From: Oscillospiraceae bacterium
GTDB taxonomy: Bacteria; Bacillota; Clostridia; UBA1212
Length of the DNA stretch: 64,000 bases
NCBI GenBank assembly: GCA_015069195.1
Contig: SVJA01000005.1
Coordinates: forward strand, 10,860-74,859
Direction of reading: 5' to 3'
Part shown: positions 36,886 through 48,900 of the stretch, piece after piece
How the letters are laid out: each line of letters starts with the position of its first letter
How positions within the stretch are numbered: the first letter of the stretch is position 1
The notes under the pieces: model-generated
Told to the model about the DNA's origin: nothing
What the model saw: only the letters and a program-made list of their open reading frames with translations
The model's database searches: none
Program-made: the position numbers and the translations under genes

Positions 36886-39624
36886 TCAAATATTGTTAAG
36901 AATTGTCATAACATCGATTATATCAATAGCACCACTGCGAGTCGCAGCCTTTGCGGCATCGGCATAAGCACCGCTGAGTTTCTGTGAACTCTTAAGATGA
37001 AGCATAACAATCTGCGCATCAGCAATCGTAACGGAACCATCGCCGTCAGCATCACCCATTACTACGATGTCGTAAGTTTTGTTACCTGCTGTAGCCACCA
37101 TACCGGTACCTATCAAAGCTGAACCTGAAACTGAAGAACCATCAGCGTTCTGAATTGTAACAGAAGATGCACCGGTAAGAGCCTTTACAGCAGAAATAGC
37201 AGTAACTACAGTATCACCCTTATCAGCTTTTATCGCGTTTGCGCCTGAGAATCCGCCTGTCATCATCTCATAAGAAGATGTCGTGGAAGAATCCGAAACA
37301 ATCGAGAACGAATAGCCCTCACAGCCGTTCATATGAACATTGTTTACTATATATGTACCATTACTGTCAGTAGCATCATAAGCAAGCCATGCTGTATAGT
37401 TTCCTGCAGGAAGTGTTCCGAGTGATGTTCCGCCAATCGCAGCAGTCGGGAATGTCAAAGAGCCTGATGTTCCGGAAACCTGCGCATACTGGAGAGAACC
37501 TGTGCTTCCGGGAGATGTACCTTCAGCATAAATAGCAACGAAAGGTTTTATTGTCTCTGCAGAGCTTGTGTAGCTTGTGAGTTTTGAGAAGCTTATGATG
37601 ATGTTGTCACCTACATTATAAACCTGTGAATTTGTCTTAACAGATGCTGTTACGGGTTTTGTAGAAGTAAACTTTATCGAGTGTACAAGAAGTTCGCTGT
37701 TGGCATTTGTTTCACCCTCAAAGAAATCAAATCTGATTTTGTTTGCAGTACCGGTCCACAAAGAAAGATCGCTGAGATCAATTATATATTCATGCCAGAG
37801 ACCATCATTTGTCCAATTCCAAGTTTTATAACACTCGGCTGTAGGAGCAGTCGTGCTGCCTGCACAGAAGAACATACCTGCCTGTGTGTTTGTCGCAGAG
37901 GTCTTTGCAACGATAGTCATATACTTGTATGTATCAGCGCTGAATGAAGTTGTGGTACTGAAATCAAAATTTGCCTGCGGATCGTTATTTGATGTAGAAG
38001 GGCTCACAAAAACACACGATTTGTCGCCACCTTCATTACGTGCACCTACAGCAACATTTTCAGAAACACCTCCTGCAACAACCCAATCAACTACCTCTTG
38101 TGATGAAAATACCAGATCCTTAGGATCAAAGTTTCCGGAAAACGCAAGTTCAAAAGTTACCTTTATCGCAACATCATGAGCCGGCATAGTGAACTGATAT
38201 ACGGAATGTATACCGCCGTTCAAAACCTCAACGGAAGATCCGTCTATTACAACAGAAGACACCTTATAGCCTGCATCCGGTTTAGCAAAGAAGTTTACAA
38301 CCGTGTCAGCCGCTACAACTGTGCTTGTAGTACCGTTCTCATCAAAACCTACTGTACCGTTGCCTGTCGCAGAAAGGCTGAGATTGTATGTAGATATAAC
38401 AGGAAGCTCGTTTGCACTGTAATATGAATTTCCGTTAGCAGGGTCTGCGCATCTTGTTTCAGGCATACCTGAATACACAGGAATTTTAAACTTATGAGCC
38501 ACCTCAAAAAGGCCATTGTTTTCGTATGAAGATTTTACTGTTCTGCCCTCTGTCAAAGGTGCCGCAATGTTCTGCATATACTGTCCGTACGGGAATGTAT
38601 CACCTGATCTGGGATCAACGTTAAACTTCTGGAAGTAAAGTGTATTCTGGTAGTCTTTAATGAAGTTGTTACTTACTTTCTGAGCTCCGCCTGTAATAGC
38701 TGCCGCTTTTGTTGTCCAGCCCGCAGTTTTGGCTTCTCTGCCTGCACCGAGGTATATAGCAAAAACACCTGTTCCGGATGCTCCCATATTAAAGAAATTG
38801 TAATAACCATCATACTGAAGAAGTTCTGACTGTGTAAAACTTGTATCTTTTGATACAGTTCCCCATACAACATTACCGTTTGCGTCATAATCAGCCTTTG
38901 AACTATAAAGATCCCAAAGGGTAGTACCAAGTGTACCGTTTACCTGCGGACTTTCGCCTGTACCCTGCTCCTGTCTGAGACGGCTTGCAAGGAATATAGG
39001 GCTTATATTATATGTAGCACCAACATTTGTAATGTGCTGTGCATATGTCATACCATTGTCACAGTTAGCATTTGCCATAAAGCTTCCCGAAAGAGCGGTA
39101 TTTACGTTTGTAGCATTCTGGTATGCTGAATTATACTCCAATGATTCAAACATAAAAATATCGTCTTCATTAAGGAAGTTACGAGGATCCATAAAGTATT
39201 TTATAGCCTCAAGACTTGCCTTTCTCCAACCGCTGTCATAAAGGTTAGTGTTTGAAGAATCATAATAAGGTGAATAGTTTGCCTGTCCGAGTGAACCCCA
39301 ATCTCCGGGTGCCCATGTGCTAGTAGTAACAAGGTTATAATATGTATCACCGGCAGCGGAATTCTCTGTAGATGTGACATAATCCCATGTCATCTTAGAA
39401 TCAAGCTGTGTAATCATAACAGGTTCAAACTGCCAGGTAGGATGCTGCTCATGGAGAGCAACAAGAGTTGTCACATATGACTCAGGGAAACCTGCATCAC
39501 GAAGCGACTGAATGTATTCTGCCGTAGCGGCATCAACTTTCTGCACATTCGATACAATCGAATAGTTGCCCACCAAAACGGCAAGCATCAAAACTAAAGC
39601 TATTACTCTGTTTCTTAACTTCAT
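36886..39624 (-). CDS. Secreted multidomain dockerin protein A: GH73/glucosaminidase-like N-terminal module, InlB-B-repeat-like and beta-sandwich modules, C-terminal dockerin
   Basis: Signal peptide MKLRNRVIALVLMLAVLVGN.. (ATG 39624 after GGAGG). N-terminal blocks GFPESY..HPTWQFEPV, YFMDPRNFLNEDDIFMFESLEYNS, RLRQEQGTGESP, YNFFNMGASGTG, YFQKFN, GQYMQNIAAP. C-terminal dockerin GDADGDGSVTIADAQIVMLHL ... TRSGAIDIIDVMTILNNI. Confidence 0.75.
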   Translation of the reverse strand: MKLRNRVIALVLMLAVLVGNYSIVSNVQKVDAATAEYIQSLRDAGFPESYVTTLVALHEQHPTWQFEPVMITQLDSKMTWDYVTSTENSAAGDTYYNLVTTSTWAPGDWGSLGQANYSPYYDSSNTNLYDSGWRKASLEAIKYFMDPRNFLNEDDIFMFESLEYNSAYQNATNVNTALSGSFMANANCDNGMTYAQHITNVGATYNISPIFLASRLRQEQGTGESPQVNGTLGTTLWDLYSSKADYDANGNVVWGTVSKDTSFTQSELLQYDGYYNFFNMGASGTGVFAIYLGAGREAKTAGWTTKAAAITGGAQKVSNNFIKDYQNTLYFQKFNVDPRSGDTFPYGQYMQNIAAPLTEGRTVKSSYENNGLFEVAHKFKIPVYSGMPETRCADPANGNSYYSANELPVISTYNLSLSATGNGTVGFDENGTTSTVVAADTVVNFFAKPDAGYKVSSVVIDGSSVEVLNGGIHSVYQFTMPAHDVAIKVTFELAFSGNFDPKDLVFSSQEVVDWVVAGGVSENVAVGARNEGGDKSCVFVSPSTSNNDPQANFDFSTTTSFSADTYKYMTIVAKTSATNTQAGMFFCAGSTTAPTAECYKTWNWTNDGLWHEYIIDLSDLSLWTGTANKIRFDFFEGETNANSELLVHSIKFTSTKPVTASVKTNSQVYNVGDNIIISFSKLTSYTSSAETIKPFVAIYAEGTSPGSTGSLQYAQVSGTSGSLTFPTAAIGGTSLGTLPAGNYTAWLAYDATDSNGTYIVNNVHMNGCEGYSFSIVSDSSTTSSYEMMTGGFSGANAIKADKGDTVVTAISAVKALTGASSVTIQNADGSSVSGSALIGTGMVATAGNKTYDIVVMGDADGDGSVTIADAQIVMLHLKSSQKLSGAYADAAKAATRSGAIDIIDVMTILNNI

Positions 39625-39715
39625 AAAATCCTCCGCAAATATAACACCACACATTCGGGAAACACCTCATGTGCGTGTAAAAATATAAATGTTAATGAAT
39701 AACGCAATTTGGCTT

Positions 39716-39744
39716 ATTATATCAAATTGCAGTCTCTATTGCAA
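39716..39744 (-). promoter_or_regulatory. Promoter of dockerin gene A
   Basis: Minus strand: TTGCAA (39739-39744), 17-nt spacer, TATAAT (RC of 39716-39721). Confidence 0.6.
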
Positions 39745-39746
39745 CT

Positions 39747-39789
39747 AAAAAAGGAAGGTTTGTCCAAACAGCAAACCTTCCTTTTTTTT
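39747..39789 (-). terminator. Terminator after dockerin gene B
   Basis: AAAAAAGGAAGGTTTG (39747-39762) pairs with CAAACCTTCCTTTTTTTT (39772-39789). Confidence 0.85.
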
Positions 39790-39826
39790 ACATTTTTGTA
39801 AATTTTTTCAAATTGAACGTTATCTT

Positions 39827-42568
39827 TTATATATTGTTCAAGACATACATTGCATTGAGTATGCTCACGGTAGTATATCCGTTTACATACGCAGCATCAG
39901 CAAATACACCATTCAATTTGTTCTGACCTTTTACGTGCTTCATAATGCCCACCGCATCAGCAACAGTAAAAGCACCGTCACCGTCTGTATCACCCATCAC
40001 AACAAGCGAAACATCATTTCCGTCAACACTTGCGATCATGCCTGTAGAGATAACATTTGAAGAAGAAACTGCACTTCCGTCAGAATTTTTAATGGTTATA
40101 TTAGGTGTGCCGTAAGTATTCTCCAAAGCAGTAACTGCCTTCTGAGCAGTATCGCCGAACTTACCGACTACAATACCGGTCTTTGTATATTCTCCTGTAA
40201 TAGCCTGATATTTATCAGTATTCACATCAGAACTGCGAACAACAGTAAAGGTGTACGGAGCAGCAGCAGAAATAACATTGTTTACCATAGCACCGTTCTG
40301 ACCGCTCGCATCATATCCGAGGTATGCCGTATAAGTACCTACCGGAAGATTTGCCAAACTGGTTCCGCCGCTTGCACCTGCAGGTAATGTCACAGAACCT
40401 GACGCATCAGACACCAATACATATTGTATAGCATCTCCCTGTCCGGGTGCTGTGCCTTCTGCATAAATTCCGATAAACGGCTTCATGTTTTCAAGGCTGT
40501 TAAGATAAGGAGTAAGTCCGCGATAATTTATAGTAACTGCATATCCCTGCATATAGCTTGTAGAAGAAGCTGTAACCTTTGCATTCTTCGGATTTGAAGA
40601 AACAAATCTTATAGATCTGATATCAATCTCGCTGTTTGCTGCAGTATCACCTTCAAAATAGTCAAGTCTTATAGAATTGATAGCACCCGACCACTTAGAA
40701 ACACTTGAAAGATCAACTACATACTCGTGCCACAATCCGTCGTTATCCCAGGTTATAGACTGATAAGCATCTACCGTAGGAGCAGTGACAGCACCGGCAC
40801 AATAGTAAATACCCGCACCTGTATTAGCAGCAGTTGTTTTGTATGTTATCACAATATATTTGTAAGTATTTGCGCTGAGTCCGGCACCGCCGTAATTTAT
40901 CGTATAGTACTGATCATTACAATCTGTAGCAGGGCTCTTTGATATGAGATATGTATCATTTTTCGAAGCATCCTGACCAAGACCGATCTGTACACCCTCT
41001 GACAAAACCGAATTGTTTTTGAACCAATCCACCGAAATCTGTGAATCAAATATGAGTTCAACAGGATTTACAGTATATTCAGGAGTAAATGTTACATATA
41101 TATCCACATTTTCTGCAGGCATTGTGAAACTGTATACCGCTTCAACGGTCGGATCGTGAATATCCCATGCCGCTCCGTTTACAACCAAAGAAGTAACCTT
41201 ATAGCCGTCAGCCGGAATCAGACGGAAAAAAATAGTGTCGCCGATAGTACCTGCATTATTCATAGAAGTGCCTTCGCCGAAGTCTGCAATTCCTGAACCG
41301 CTCTCTATGTGTATATTAAGATATCTCTGTGTAGCAGCCACAGAACCCGGTGCAGTAGACGGGCTGTAATAAGAAAGTCCACCTGCCGGATCGGGACAAG
41401 CCTCTGCCGGCATACCACCGTATACAGGAATTACGAATTTGTGAGCAGCCTCAAGACCACCCGTTGTATTGTAATCCGCATAAGCACTTCTGGCAGCCTT
41501 TAATGCACCGGAAATATCCTGCATGTATTGTCCCCAGAAGTTTCTGTCAGAACCCGGATGAGTATTGAACTTCTGGAAGTAAGGAGTGTGCTGATAACCG
41601 GCAATGTAACGGTTATAAACTTTAACTATACCGCCGCTGAGTGCTGCAGCCTTTGATGTCCAACCTTCTTCTATACACTCGTTTGAAGCATTCATATAAA
41701 TAGCAAAAGCACCTGTTCCGAAAGCACCCATGTTATAGAAATTGTAAAGACCGTCTCTGGCTTTAAGTTCAGCTTCAGTATAATTAATGTTATCGTAAGA
41801 GCCGCCCCAGATAATCTGACCGCTGCTGTTTGTCGCAGTAGGACTCCAACGATTAGCAGTATCGCTGTAATAGTTCCACATTGTAGTACCGAGAGTACCG
41901 TTTGCGAGAGGGCTTCTGCCTTCAGGACCCTGCTCAAATATGATACGGTTTGCAAGGTAAATCGGGTTTACGTTAAGTTCTACACCTTTGCTGTAAATAA
42001 TATCGGCAAAAGTATTTGTTCCGTCAATTTTACCTTTGCTCGAAGCCATAAAAGTATCAGACAAAACAGCTTCTACACCTGCTTTTGTGTGTATGGATGA
42101 ATTATACTCGAGAGATTCAAACATAAACACATCTTTCTCATTTATGAAGTTTCTCGGGTCCATAAAATACTCAACAGCTTCACGACTGGCCTGTCTGAGA
42201 CCTGAATCGTAAAGGTTTGTATCATTCTTATCATAGTAAGGAGAATAATATGCATCATATCCTGACGGCGCCCATGAACTTGTCGTAACAAGGTTTCTCG
42301 TAGGATACATTTCCTGATCAATTACATAATCCCATGTGTACTGTGGCTTCATCTGAGTAACCAATACAGGTTCAAACTGCCATGTGGGATGCTTGTCATG
42401 TAATTGTGCAAGCAATGTAGCGTATGAATCAGGAAATCCTGCACTTTTCAGTGAGTTTATGTACTGAGTTGTAGCAGCATCGGTAATCATACTCAAGCTG
42501 AAAGTGTTGCACGACAGTACCATAATCAACGCTAACAGTAGTGTCGTAATACGTTTAGAAAGTTTCAT
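39827..42568 (-). CDS. Secreted multidomain dockerin protein B (paralogue of A)
   Basis: ATG 42568 after GGAGG gives signal peptide MKLSKRITTLLLALIMVLS. Same block order as A: GFPDSY..HPTWQFEPV, YFMDPRNFINEKDVFMFESLEYNS, RIIFEQGPEGRSP, YNFYNMGAFGTG, YFQKFN, GQYMQDISGA. Dockerin GDTDGDGAFTVADAVGIMKHV ... VNGYTTVSILNAMYVLNNI. Confidence 0.75.
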   Translation of the reverse strand: MKLSKRITTLLLALIMVLSCNTFSLSMITDAATTQYINSLKSAGFPDSYATLLAQLHDKHPTWQFEPVLVTQMKPQYTWDYVIDQEMYPTRNLVTTSSWAPSGYDAYYSPYYDKNDTNLYDSGLRQASREAVEYFMDPRNFINEKDVFMFESLEYNSSIHTKAGVEAVLSDTFMASSKGKIDGTNTFADIIYSKGVELNVNPIYLANRIIFEQGPEGRSPLANGTLGTTMWNYYSDTANRWSPTATNSSGQIIWGGSYDNINYTEAELKARDGLYNFYNMGAFGTGAFAIYMNASNECIEEGWTSKAAALSGGIVKVYNRYIAGYQHTPYFQKFNTHPGSDRNFWGQYMQDISGALKAARSAYADYNTTGGLEAAHKFVIPVYGGMPAEACPDPAGGLSYYSPSTAPGSVAATQRYLNIHIESGSGIADFGEGTSMNNAGTIGDTIFFRLIPADGYKVTSLVVNGAAWDIHDPTVEAVYSFTMPAENVDIYVTFTPEYTVNPVELIFDSQISVDWFKNNSVLSEGVQIGLGQDASKNDTYLISKSPATDCNDQYYTINYGGAGLSANTYKYIVITYKTTAANTGAGIYYCAGAVTAPTVDAYQSITWDNDGLWHEYVVDLSSVSKWSGAINSIRLDYFEGDTAANSEIDIRSIRFVSSNPKNAKVTASSTSYMQGYAVTINYRGLTPYLNSLENMKPFIGIYAEGTAPGQGDAIQYVLVSDASGSVTLPAGASGGTSLANLPVGTYTAYLGYDASGQNGAMVNNVISAAAPYTFTVVRSSDVNTDKYQAITGEYTKTGIVVGKFGDTAQKAVTALENTYGTPNITIKNSDGSAVSSSNVISTGMIASVDGNDVSLVVMGDTDGDGAFTVADAVGIMKHVKGQNKLNGVFADAAYVNGYTTVSILNAMYVLNNI

Positions 42569-42658
42569 CTGTACCTCCATATGATAAACAGCACAAACCT
42601 CCTTCACAGAGAAATATGCTGCAAAAAATTATTTTACATATAAAACACAACTGGTCTT

Positions 42659-42687
42659 ATTGTACTAAAACTTTGTTCAGCTTGCAA
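42659..42687 (-). promoter_or_regulatory. Promoter of dockerin gene B
   Basis: Minus strand: TTGCAA (42682-42687), 17-nt spacer, TACAAT (RC of 42659-42664). Confidence 0.5.
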
Positions 42688-42720
42688 CCGTTTATTATCA
42701 CAGAATAAAATTCCATATCG

Positions 42721-42753
42721 TTGCAAACTCAACAAATTTGTGATAAAATCACA
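42721..42753 (+). promoter_or_regulatory. Promoter of dockerin gene C with an overlapping palindromic operator
   Basis: TTGCAA (42721-42726), 17-nt spacer, TAAAAT (42744-42749). The perfect palindrome TGTGATAAAATCACA (42739-42753) covers the -10 box. Confidence 0.6.
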
Positions 42754-42847
42754 CGTAGTAAATGTGATGATTTTTGTCGAGGGGATTTTCCGCAAGAGAT
42801 TGCGGTCTATTCTCTTTTATTTTTATATCAAAAAGGAGGAGTTTTTT

Positions 42848-44896
42848 GTGAAAAGAAAAATTACTGGTTTTCTGTGTCTGTTGCTTGTCTTCGTATATAT
42901 GAGCAGCATAGTTACAGTACAAGCAGCATCATCAGAAAACACATCCATTACATTTAATAACGCTTCTAAAAGCGTTACGGTAAGCGGTTATGATTCAAAG
43001 CTCGGTACGCTTTACTATCAGTTTTCAGATACACTTACATTCACTTTCAAAAATACCGGCCTCGGAAATTGGTTCAACAGGGCATCATACAACAGATATT
43101 CGTTTAATTACAGTACAGAAAGCTATATAAAGGGCGAAATATACTATCGTGCATCATGGCGCGAATATACCGAGGTTTTTTATCTCGAACCGGGTACAAA
43201 TGTGTCTTTTGCATCATTTATGGATAATTTTCTTGACGGCGACTCATTTTCAACCGTATCAAAAATGGTTTTTACACCGCTTTATACAGAAAGCAACGTG
43301 ACCACTTTGTCCCTGTCATCAATCAACACAACCTACTACAATTTACCGTCCGAACAGACCGTATATTTAGAAAACGATCAATATAAAATCGGAGTAGCAC
43401 TTTTTTACGGCGGAGGAATTAACTACATAGAAGACAAGGCAGACAATGACGCAGAACTCGGCAATCTTCTGAACCACTGCGATGCGGGAAGACTTGTTCA
43501 GCAATCATATTACGGTACTATGGAAGAACCTTACGTCTGTGCGACTTACAGCGGAAATACCTGGTCCTACAACCCTGTACAGGGCGGAGACCAGTACAAT
43601 AACAAAAGTAAACTTATTGATTTTGAAATGACAGATACTTACATATATGTAAAATGTCGTCCGCTTGATTGGGCTCAGAACAACCTGCCTACCCTCTCGT
43701 ATATGGAAAACAGTTATACGATAGAAGACGGGTTTATCAGAGTGGACAACCGTTTCATAGACTTCTCCGGATACAACCACCCCACTACGTCCCATCAGGA
43801 ATTGCCGGCTTTCTACACAATAAGCTATCTGGATACGTTCACATTCTACGACGGCACATCACCGTGGAAAAACGATACTCTTACGGTAAAAGAAAACCTT
43901 GAATTCTGGGGAGGCAACCCGGACGCATACTTCAACGTGCAAAGCGGAAATACAGAGACATGGTGTTCTTGGACGAGCAGCGAAACGGGTTACGGAATCG
44001 GTCTTTATACACCGGGGGCAGAGATACTCCTTGCCGGACGCCACAGTTACAACGGTTCAAAAGATCCTGCAAACGGAGCAACAAACTATGTCGCACCTCT
44101 CAGAACATTCGGTATCCCGAATTACAAACCATTTGAATACAGCTATCTGATAACAACCGGTTCGACAGATGAAATACGCACTACATTTGCCCAGCAAAGT
44201 AATTTTGCCGAAGAAGGAATAAAAGATACTCACAAACTGGCAGCAGATGCAACAGACGGAATTGTAAGCATATCCGGGCACACAGACGATACATATATTT
44301 CCACATCATTTGCAGAAGGACAGTCATACGAAATAACATTCACTCCAAAAACAGGATATGTTCTCGGTTCAGTATCACGAAGCGACGGAGTTGCTGTATC
44401 ATACACTGCAAACTCAACATCACCTCTTACAATAACCGGTGAAATGCCTTCTTACGACCTTTCGTACAATGTTATATTCAATCCGATTATCGGAGATGAC
44501 TCTACACTCACGCAGCACAGTTATGACACATTCTCTTCGATCAGCGGTTTTGCAGCTGACTCTGATGTTTCCGCACAACTTGCTACGCTGAACACAGAGC
44601 TGACCGGTCAGGGGTATTCCGAAGTAACGCTTTACCACGCTGACGGTACTGTTGCAACAGGCACAGACACCTTTACAACAAATATGTACTTCACATTAAA
44701 CGGCAGCACATATTACACTGCAATATTGGGCGATACCACATCTGACGGTACAGTAAATATAGCAGATGCAGTGGCCGCATACAAACACCTTTTGGGAACA
44801 TCAAAACTTACATACGGTGCAATAACGGCAGCAGATGCGTCAGGCGATGAAAAAACAAATATTATCGATGTTATGAGTATTCTTAATGCGATATGA
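42848..44896 (+). CDS. Secreted dockerin protein C with an uncharacterised N-terminal region
   Basis: GTG 42848 lies 6 nt after AGGAGGAG and gives signal peptide VKRKITGFLCLLLVFVYMSSIVTVQA. The ~450-aa region is unrecognised (HCDAGRLVQQSYYG, NPVQGGDQYNN, ELPAFYT). InlB-B-repeat-like module (TFTPKTGYVLGSV...MPSYDLSYNVIF). Dockerin GDTTSDGTVNIADAVAAYKHL ... DEKTNIIDVMSILNAI. Confidence 0.7.
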   Translation: MKRKITGFLCLLLVFVYMSSIVTVQAASSENTSITFNNASKSVTVSGYDSKLGTLYYQFSDTLTFTFKNTGLGNWFNRASYNRYSFNYSTESYIKGEIYYRASWREYTEVFYLEPGTNVSFASFMDNFLDGDSFSTVSKMVFTPLYTESNVTTLSLSSINTTYYNLPSEQTVYLENDQYKIGVALFYGGGINYIEDKADNDAELGNLLNHCDAGRLVQQSYYGTMEEPYVCATYSGNTWSYNPVQGGDQYNNKSKLIDFEMTDTYIYVKCRPLDWAQNNLPTLSYMENSYTIEDGFIRVDNRFIDFSGYNHPTTSHQELPAFYTISYLDTFTFYDGTSPWKNDTLTVKENLEFWGGNPDAYFNVQSGNTETWCSWTSSETGYGIGLYTPGAEILLAGRHSYNGSKDPANGATNYVAPLRTFGIPNYKPFEYSYLITTGSTDEIRTTFAQQSNFAEEGIKDTHKLAADATDGIVSISGHTDDTYISTSFAEGQSYEITFTPKTGYVLGSVSRSDGVAVSYTANSTSPLTITGEMPSYDLSYNVIFNPIIGDDSTLTQHSYDTFSSISGFAADSDVSAQLATLNTELTGQGYSEVTLYHADGTVATGTDTFTTNMYFTLNGSTYYTAILGDTTSDGTVNIADAVAAYKHLLGTSKLTYGAITAADASGDEKTNIIDVMSILNAI

Positions 44897-44932
44897 ACAT
44901 TTAACTGCTACACAAAGCAACTCAAGTAACAA

Positions 44933-44976
44933 AAGTCCCCCGGCTGTGCATAACGCAATGCACAGCCGGGGGACTT
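44933..44976. terminator. Bidirectional terminator between dockerin gene C and yajC
   Basis: 19-bp stem AAGTCCCCCGGCTGTGCAT (44933-44951) / ATGCACAGCCGGGGGACTT (44958-44976). Confidence 0.85.
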
Positions 44977-45001
44977 CGGATTTAAACCAATATTTTATCG
45001 A

Positions 45002-45289
45002 TTATTTTGATGCAGCTTCATCAGATTCAATTTTTTTAACATCTCTGATTGCCCAGTTTTTGAACTCGATAAGAGTTTTGTCAATCGATGTTTCGATAGT
45101 AATGTTGTCATCTTTTATGTTTACTATTGTGCCTACGATACCGCCGATAGTTGTAACTTCTACACCGATAGCAAGGCTGTTAAGTCTCTCCTGCTCTTCT
45201 TTCTGGCGTTTCTTATTCGGGCGAAGAATCATAAAGTAGAAAAGAACTACCAACAACAAAATGTAACCTACGATCATAATCCAATTCAT
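45002..45289 (-). CDS. yajC: Preprotein translocase subunit YajC
   Basis: 95 aa. One TM, then the FYFMILRPNKKRQKE motif and GVEVTTIGGIVGTIV. Confidence 0.92.
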   Translation of the reverse strand: MNWIMIVGYILLLVVLFYFMILRPNKKRQKEEQERLNSLAIGVEVTTIGGIVGTIVNIKDDNITIETSIDKTLIEFKNWAIRDVKKIESDEAASK

Positions 45290-45331
45290 AATATAAAACC
45301 TCCATAAATTATATACTTTTTGTATATTAAA

Positions 45332-47516
<2,185 letters not shown>

Positions 47517-47520
47517 TAAA

Positions 47521-48807
47521 TCAGCCCTCCTCGGAAAGAGCGGTTTTCATCGCTTCTACATAAGAAGAAATATCCACATCGCCGTAAAGTTCATTATTTA
47601 CAACGGAAGAATACTTTCCGCCTGACATAGCTTTCTCAAAAAACTCGGCAGCATATGCATATCGCACATACTCTATAAGTTCTTTCGAATTAAGAGCATC
47701 ATTTATGTCATCTTTTCCGACACATTTTATCACACAAATTTCGTTTTTGGTCTGTATAAGTTCAACATCTCCTACCTGCATATCAGATGCCGCTGCAAAG
47801 ATTTCTGCATATTTACCGGGAATACTTTTATCAAGAATAACAGTCCGTTCACTACCGTGTTCCGAAACATCAAAAAGTGAATTTTCGTCACTGTGCTGTT
47901 CCGAAAGCTGACCGACATCCTGACCGTCTTTTGCATAGTGAAGCCATGTTTCCGCATTTGTCTTCTTGTGTGAAAGTTCTGTTTCATCAAGACCGGATAT
48001 ATCTATATAAATCATCTTAGCTTCAATTTTTGCAAAGTCTGATGCATTTTTTGCATATACGGCTCTCTGTTTTTCTTCACTCGTATCAGCCTTTTCCGAT
48101 ACCGATGCGATATATTTACTTACAATCAAAACCTGTTTACGGAAATTCAGATAATCCTCATATGAAAGACCGTAGTACTTTGTGCAATATTCGTCCTTAT
48201 TCTTGTATTTCTTCGCAGCAAGCTCAACAGAAGATGCAATATCCGCAATTTCCTTCTCACCGAGTACTATCCCTGCCTTTTCTGCCTCATGGACTTTGCA
48301 GATAAACTCTTCTGCATTTTTTACAGCGGCAGACTTTACATTTTCACACAATTTAGCAACATCGGAATTACCCTTGGAAAGCTCTTCGAATGTTTCCGAT
48401 TCGATAACCATACTGCAGAAAAACGAAAATTCTTCCCGGGAAATATTTTCTCCGTCAATAACAAGCACCGCCGAAGTCTCCGGATTTTCAGAATTACCAT
48501 TTTTTATAATATTTTTAACTGCAACAGCCACCGCAACAACCGCGATCAATGCCAAAGCTACGGTAGCTGTATAAAAAATAGCTTTTTTTCTCATCCACGC
48601 CGTAATTTTCTGTTTTTGCGCGCGTTCTTCTTTCTTTTTACGAAGCTCCGCACCTTCTTCGGTGTCGACCTTTCCGGTTATTACATCTATTTTATTGGTG
48701 CGTTTTTCAAACTCATCAGCCAACTTAAATTTACCCCAATCAAAACTATTTGCGCGTGCATAACGCACATACTTGTAAAGAATACCATATATTTTACAAA
48801 TAATCAA
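47521..48807 (-). CDS. Membrane-anchored protein, possibly a SurA-N/PpiC-like chaperone
   Basis: One TM ([22 protein letters not shown]), then a helical domain and a parvulin-like C-terminal part. The assignment is weak. The start is ambiguous: TTG 48807, or ATG 48594 (MRKKAIF). Confidence 0.45.
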   Translation of the reverse strand: MIICKIYGILYKYVRYARANSFDWGKFKLADEFEKRTNKIDVITGKVDTEEGAELRKKKEERAQKQKITAWMRKKAIFYTATVALALIAVVAVAVAVKNIIKNGNSENPETSAVLVIDGENISREEFSFFCSMVIESETFEELSKGNSDVAKLCENVKSAAVKNAEEFICKVHEAEKAGIVLGEKEIADIASSVELAAKKYKNKDEYCTKYYGLSYEDYLNFRKQVLIVSKYIASVSEKADTSEEKQRAVYAKNASDFAKIEAKMIYIDISGLDETELSHKKTNAETWLHYAKDGQDVGQLSEQHSDENSLFDVSEHGSERTVILDKSIPGKYAEIFAAASDMQVGDVELIQTKNEICVIKCVGKDDINDALNSKELIEYVRYAYAAEFFEKAMSGGKYSSVVNNELYGDVDISSYVEAMKTALSEEG

Positions 48808-48871
48808 AAAAACTTCTTTAATTTTTAAGATAATAATTTAAAATTTTTCCCATCTCAAATCGCCAAAAACA

Positions 48872-48900
48872 TTGACACAAAAGCAATAAAATGATAGTAT
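48872..48900 (+). promoter_or_regulatory. Promoter of the asd-dapA-dapB(-htpG) unit
   Basis: TTGACA (48872-48877), 17-nt spacer, TAGTAT (48895-48900). Confidence 0.6.
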
